NCBI GenBank assembly: GCA_031364845.1
Contig: JANLWX010000143.1
Coordinates: forward strand, 1-35,764
Reading direction: 5' to 3'
DNA length: 35,764 nucleotides
Source of the DNA: Candidatus Eiseniibacteriota bacterium
Lineage (GTDB): Bacteria; Eisenbacteria; RBG-16-71-46
Shown here: positions 32,541 through 35,764 of the stretch, piece by piece
Numbering within the stretch: position 1 is the stretch's first letter
How the letters are laid out: each line of letters begins with the position of its first letter
Position numbers and translations under genes: made by a program
The notes under the pieces: model-generated
The model's input: the letters and a program-made list of their open reading frames with translations, nothing else
What the model was told of the DNA's origin: nothing
The model's database searches: none

Positions 32541-34262
32541 ATGGCTCGTATGATTCCCATCCATAGCTTAGCCGGGCTCGACGGTCGCTCGCCTTCGACG
32601 GCCGAAGAACAGGTCTACACGGCCCTGCGCGAGACCCTCGATGACACCTACACGGCCATCGGCTGGGTGGCGTGGCAGACCGTGAACGCCCAGGGAAGAC
32701 CGATCGAAGGAGAAGCGGACTTCGTCGTGTATCACCCGCAACGCGGATTCCTGGTTCTCGAAGTGAAGGGCGGCGGAATCAGCCATGAAGGATCGACGAG
32801 GAAGTGGTGGAGCACCGACCGGCACCGTGTCCGCCATGAGATCAAGAACCCCATCCAGCAGGCAGCTCGTAGCCGGCGCGAGATCGCGTCCCTCCTTGCC
32901 CGCCGTCTCGGCCTGAGCTCATTGCCCTTGACTCCCGGCCATGGAGTCATCTTCCCCGACGCCGCCGGCGATCCCCGGGACCTGGGCGCCGAAGCAATCC
33001 CGGACCTGGTCGTTCTCCGTGATGACTTGCCTCGGCTGGGCGCAAGAGTCGAAGGCATGTTTGCGAAGTACGCGGGATCGAAACCAGCCGGCGCCATTCC
33101 TGACGGCTGGGCGGAGCAACTGGAAGCTCTCATCGCGCCTTCATGCAATCTCCCGATTCGGCTCGGCAGTGTTGTTCGGGGCGCGACCGCGCAGATCGAT
33201 CAACTGACGACGGAACAGTTCTCCGTGCTCGACAATCTCGTTCGCAATCGACGCGTGCTCGTCACCGGCGCCGCCGGCACGGGCAAGACGATGCTGGCGC
33301 TCGAAAAGGCACGACGTCTGGCGCACTCCGGCGCGCGCACGCTTCTAACCTGCTTCAATCGCCCGCTTGCCGACTACCTCGCGCGCAGCGCCGCCGATGT
33401 GCCCAATCTCGTCGTCCACAACTTCCATCAACTCTGCTATCTCTGGGCGCGCCGGAACGGGTTCGAGGGTCCGGATCCCGACTCGCCCGAAGTGCGCGAG
33501 CCCGACCGCGAGAAGTCGCTGGGCAGCGAATACTTCGACAAGACGCTGCCCCGGGCATTCATCGCGTCGCTGGCGAGGACCAGCGAGCGATTCGACGCTC
33601 TCGTCATCGACGAAGCCCAGGACTTCTCGCCGCTCATGCAGAAGGCCTTGCTCAAGTCATCGAGGAAGCCACGCTCCGGCTATCTGTTCGCGTTTCAGGA
33701 CGAAGGGCAGGGAATATTCGAGGGGCGCGGCGGCTGGGATCGCCGGGGGCTCACGGATTACCACCTCAAGAAGAACATGCGGAACTCGCGGAGGATCCAC
33801 GAGGTGGCGAAACGGCTGAACGCTGATGACGACGCGATCCCCGCTGGGCCGGAGGGAATCGAACCGGAGTTCATCGCGGTCGCGGACGCCGCGTCTGCCG
33901 CTTCGCAGATAGAAGGTCGGATCCGGAAGCTCGCAACCAGCGACGGCGTGAGCTTGAGCCAGATCGCCGTCCTCACTGCCGGACGCACGCAAGTCATGAG
34001 ACTCGCGCCCTCGGGTCACCTCGGTGGCTTCGAGGTCACGCAGGACCCGTTCGGTCCCCCGGGGGCCCTCTACCTGGACCGCATCAGCCGCTTCAAAGGT
34101 CTGGAACGCGACGTCGTCATTCTCACAGGGCTCGCGGACCCGCCGCCCCACAATCGTGCTGAGCCGCTGCTGTACGTCGGCGCAAGCCGCGCGCGATCGC
34201 ATCTGATCATCGTCGATACACCCGAGGTTCTGGCTCGATTCAGCACGGCAAGGCCGATGTGA
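32541..34262 (+). CDS. NERD nuclease + SF1 (UvrD-like) helicase fusion
   Basis: NERD 'EADFVV..P.RGFLVLEVKGG' and 'NPIQQA'; Walker A 'GAAGTGKT', Walker B 'DEAQD', 'NMRNS', 'FKGLE', 'YVGASRA'. Confidence 0.88.
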   Translation: MARMIPIHSLAGLDGRSPSTAEEQVYTALRETLDDTYTAIGWVAWQTVNAQGRPIEGEADFVVYHPQRGFLVLEVKGGGISHEGSTRKWWSTDRHRVRHEIKNPIQQAARSRREIASLLARRLGLSSLPLTPGHGVIFPDAAGDPRDLGAEAIPDLVVLRDDLPRLGARVEGMFAKYAGSKPAGAIPDGWAEQLEALIAPSCNLPIRLGSVVRGATAQIDQLTTEQFSVLDNLVRNRRVLVTGAAGTGKTMLALEKARRLAHSGARTLLTCFNRPLADYLARSAADVPNLVVHNFHQLCYLWARRNGFEGPDPDSPEVREPDREKSLGSEYFDKTLPRAFIASLARTSERFDALVIDEAQDFSPLMQKALLKSSRKPRSGYLFAFQDEGQGIFEGRGGWDRRGLTDYHLKKNMRNSRRIHEVAKRLNADDDAIPAGPEGIEPEFIAVADAASAASQIEGRIRKLATSDGVSLSQIAVLTAGRTQVMRLAPSGHLGGFEVTQDPFGPPGALYLDRISRFKGLERDVVILTGLADPPPHNRAEPLLYVGASRARSHLIIVDTPEVLARFSTARPM

Positions 34263-34337
34263 ACCTGAGATGAACCGCCGCTTCGTCGCGATCTACGACA
34301 GGACATTCATGGTCGGGCCGGGCAACGAGCGCGAGGT

Positions 34338-35762
34338 TCAGCGGTTGACGACGAGCTTCCGCGTGGAACGAAGGTTCGCGCCGTCGAGACGGGCGAAGTA
34401 GAGGCCGCTCCCGGCCCGGTCGAGGTTCCACGTCACCCGATGCGTTCCTGCGGCGCGGATGCCGTGCTCGAGCACCGCGACGGTGCGACCCATCACATCA
34501 CTCACGGTGAGCGAAACCTTGGCGGCACGCGGCAGCGCATATTCCAGCACCGCCCTGGTGCGGATGGGATTCGCGCTTGCCAGGCGCAGCTCGCCACCCT
34601 CGGGCGCTGGATCGCCCACGGCGGTCGTGAGCGGCGCGATCCCCATGCGCATCCCGTTCCCTTCGCTGGTCACCCACACCTGCGACGCATCGTAGGGATT
34701 GAAGAACACGCGCGTGGGCCGGCGAAACGGATACGCCGTGAGCGACGTGAAGACCGGGGACGCATCGCCGGCGCCGGTGACATGCCACAGCCCATCGAAC
34801 TCGGAACACAGGTACATCTCGTTCGGTCGCGACGGATGGAAGGTGCACGACATCAGCGGCTGATCGAAGAGTTTGGTCCACGTGGCGCCACGATCGGTCG
34901 TGCGATAGAGCCCGGCCGCCGCCGGGTTCGTCGGCACGTCGCGGACACACGCGAACCATGTGCTGTCGGACGGGTCGTTGCGATCGACGGTGAGGCTTTG
35001 CGTGAACTGGCGCATGCGCGAATCGGTGCGATCGTTCCAGCTCTGTCCACCGTCGCTGCTGAAGAACACTCCCGAGCTGTCGACGAACGCCATCGATGCA
35101 TTCGTGCGCCCGGAGTAGACGGCGACGAGTTCACCCTGCGACAGCACCTGAATGCTCGCGGCCCGGCCCTGCGTGCGCGACGGAGCCGGCAGTTAATCCC
35201 ACACCGACGCCGCCCCGAGGCGAATGTCCTGACACACATAGACGCCGCCGCGCACGCCGGGCCCTGCGCGATTCGCGACGGTCGCGTACATGCGCCAGGG
35301 GTTGGTCGGATCGAACGCGATCGACGAGACCAATCGCTGGAAGTCGTGAATCACCTGCCAGGTCTGGCCGTGGTCGCTCGATCGCGCGACGTAGCCGCGA
35401 AACACGGCCGGATCTACCGCCAGGTCGCTGAAGTTGCCCGCGGAACCGACCACCTCCCCCGCCGCGGCGTACAGGTCGCCGGTCGCTGGATGCTTCAGGA
35501 TCATCGACAGATCGTTGACGCGCGTGCCGGTTTGAAATCCCGAATAGTCGTACGACCACGAGACACCCGCGTCCTTGCTGCGCACGAGTATGAGATCGGC
35601 GAACGAGGCGAGAAGACTCGAAGGGCTGTCCCACGTGAGCCAGTAGCACACCGAGGTCTCGAGCCCGTTGGTGCGGTAGGAACGCGCGGGATCGATCATG
35701 GCGCCGGGCGGGTTCGCGTCGGCTGCATCTACGAAACCCTGGCGCCAGTTCGCTCCGCCGTC
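34338..35762 (-). pseudogene. Large secreted BNR/Asp-box beta-propeller protein with C-terminal sorting domain, 5'-partial, with one in-frame TAA at 35193-35195
   Basis: ORFs 35193..35699 and 34338..35147 are in the same frame and read through as ...ASVWD*LPAPSRTQG.... Asp-boxes (SKDAGVSW, SSDHGQTW, SSDGGQSW, TTDRGATW) lie on both sides; CTD 'NPIR...GLYFARL'. Confidence 0.78.
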
Positions 35763-35764
35763 CG

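Noticed and set aside
35193..35195. Selenocysteine/pyrrolysine or alternative genetic code readthrough
   Set aside because: The codon is TAA, not TGA or TAG, and all three stop codons terminate genes normally in this window.

Overview
High-GC, gene-dense bacterial window with about 28 intact CDS and no rRNA, tRNA, CRISPR array, transposase or integrase that I can see. The gene content includes secreted proteins with FlgD/CTD-type tails, an ADOP-type duplicated permease with PadR, a Ser/Thr kinase with a TolB-like propeller, a CHAT-TPR protein and a Bacteroidota-like outer-membrane barrel. This resembles Candidatus Eisenbacteria or a related diderm, which is an inference only. The left third is metabolic and envelope genes: MFS transporter, dehydratase plus cyclodeaminase pair, two methyltransferases, RlpA, an atypical SDR, an OM receptor and a class III aminotransferase. 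From about 11.5 kb the region looks accessory, with CHAT protease, HipA-like kinase plus DUF3037, Fic, a SEC-C/antitoxin-like protein, and a GNAT + DUF2779 dual nuclease + NERD-helicase unit. It also holds four decayed genes: a DUF2911 3' remnant, an MNT 5' remnant, an internally deleted DHFR-like gene, and a BNR-repeat gene with an in-frame stop. Best novelty candidates are (1) the three-nuclease/helicase operon, (2) a CTD adaptor plus CTD-less passenger pair sharing a short beta motif, and (3) recurrent leaderless promoters, including two leaderless small ORFs coupled to downstream genes by ATGA overlaps. All family calls come from motif recognition, not database searches.
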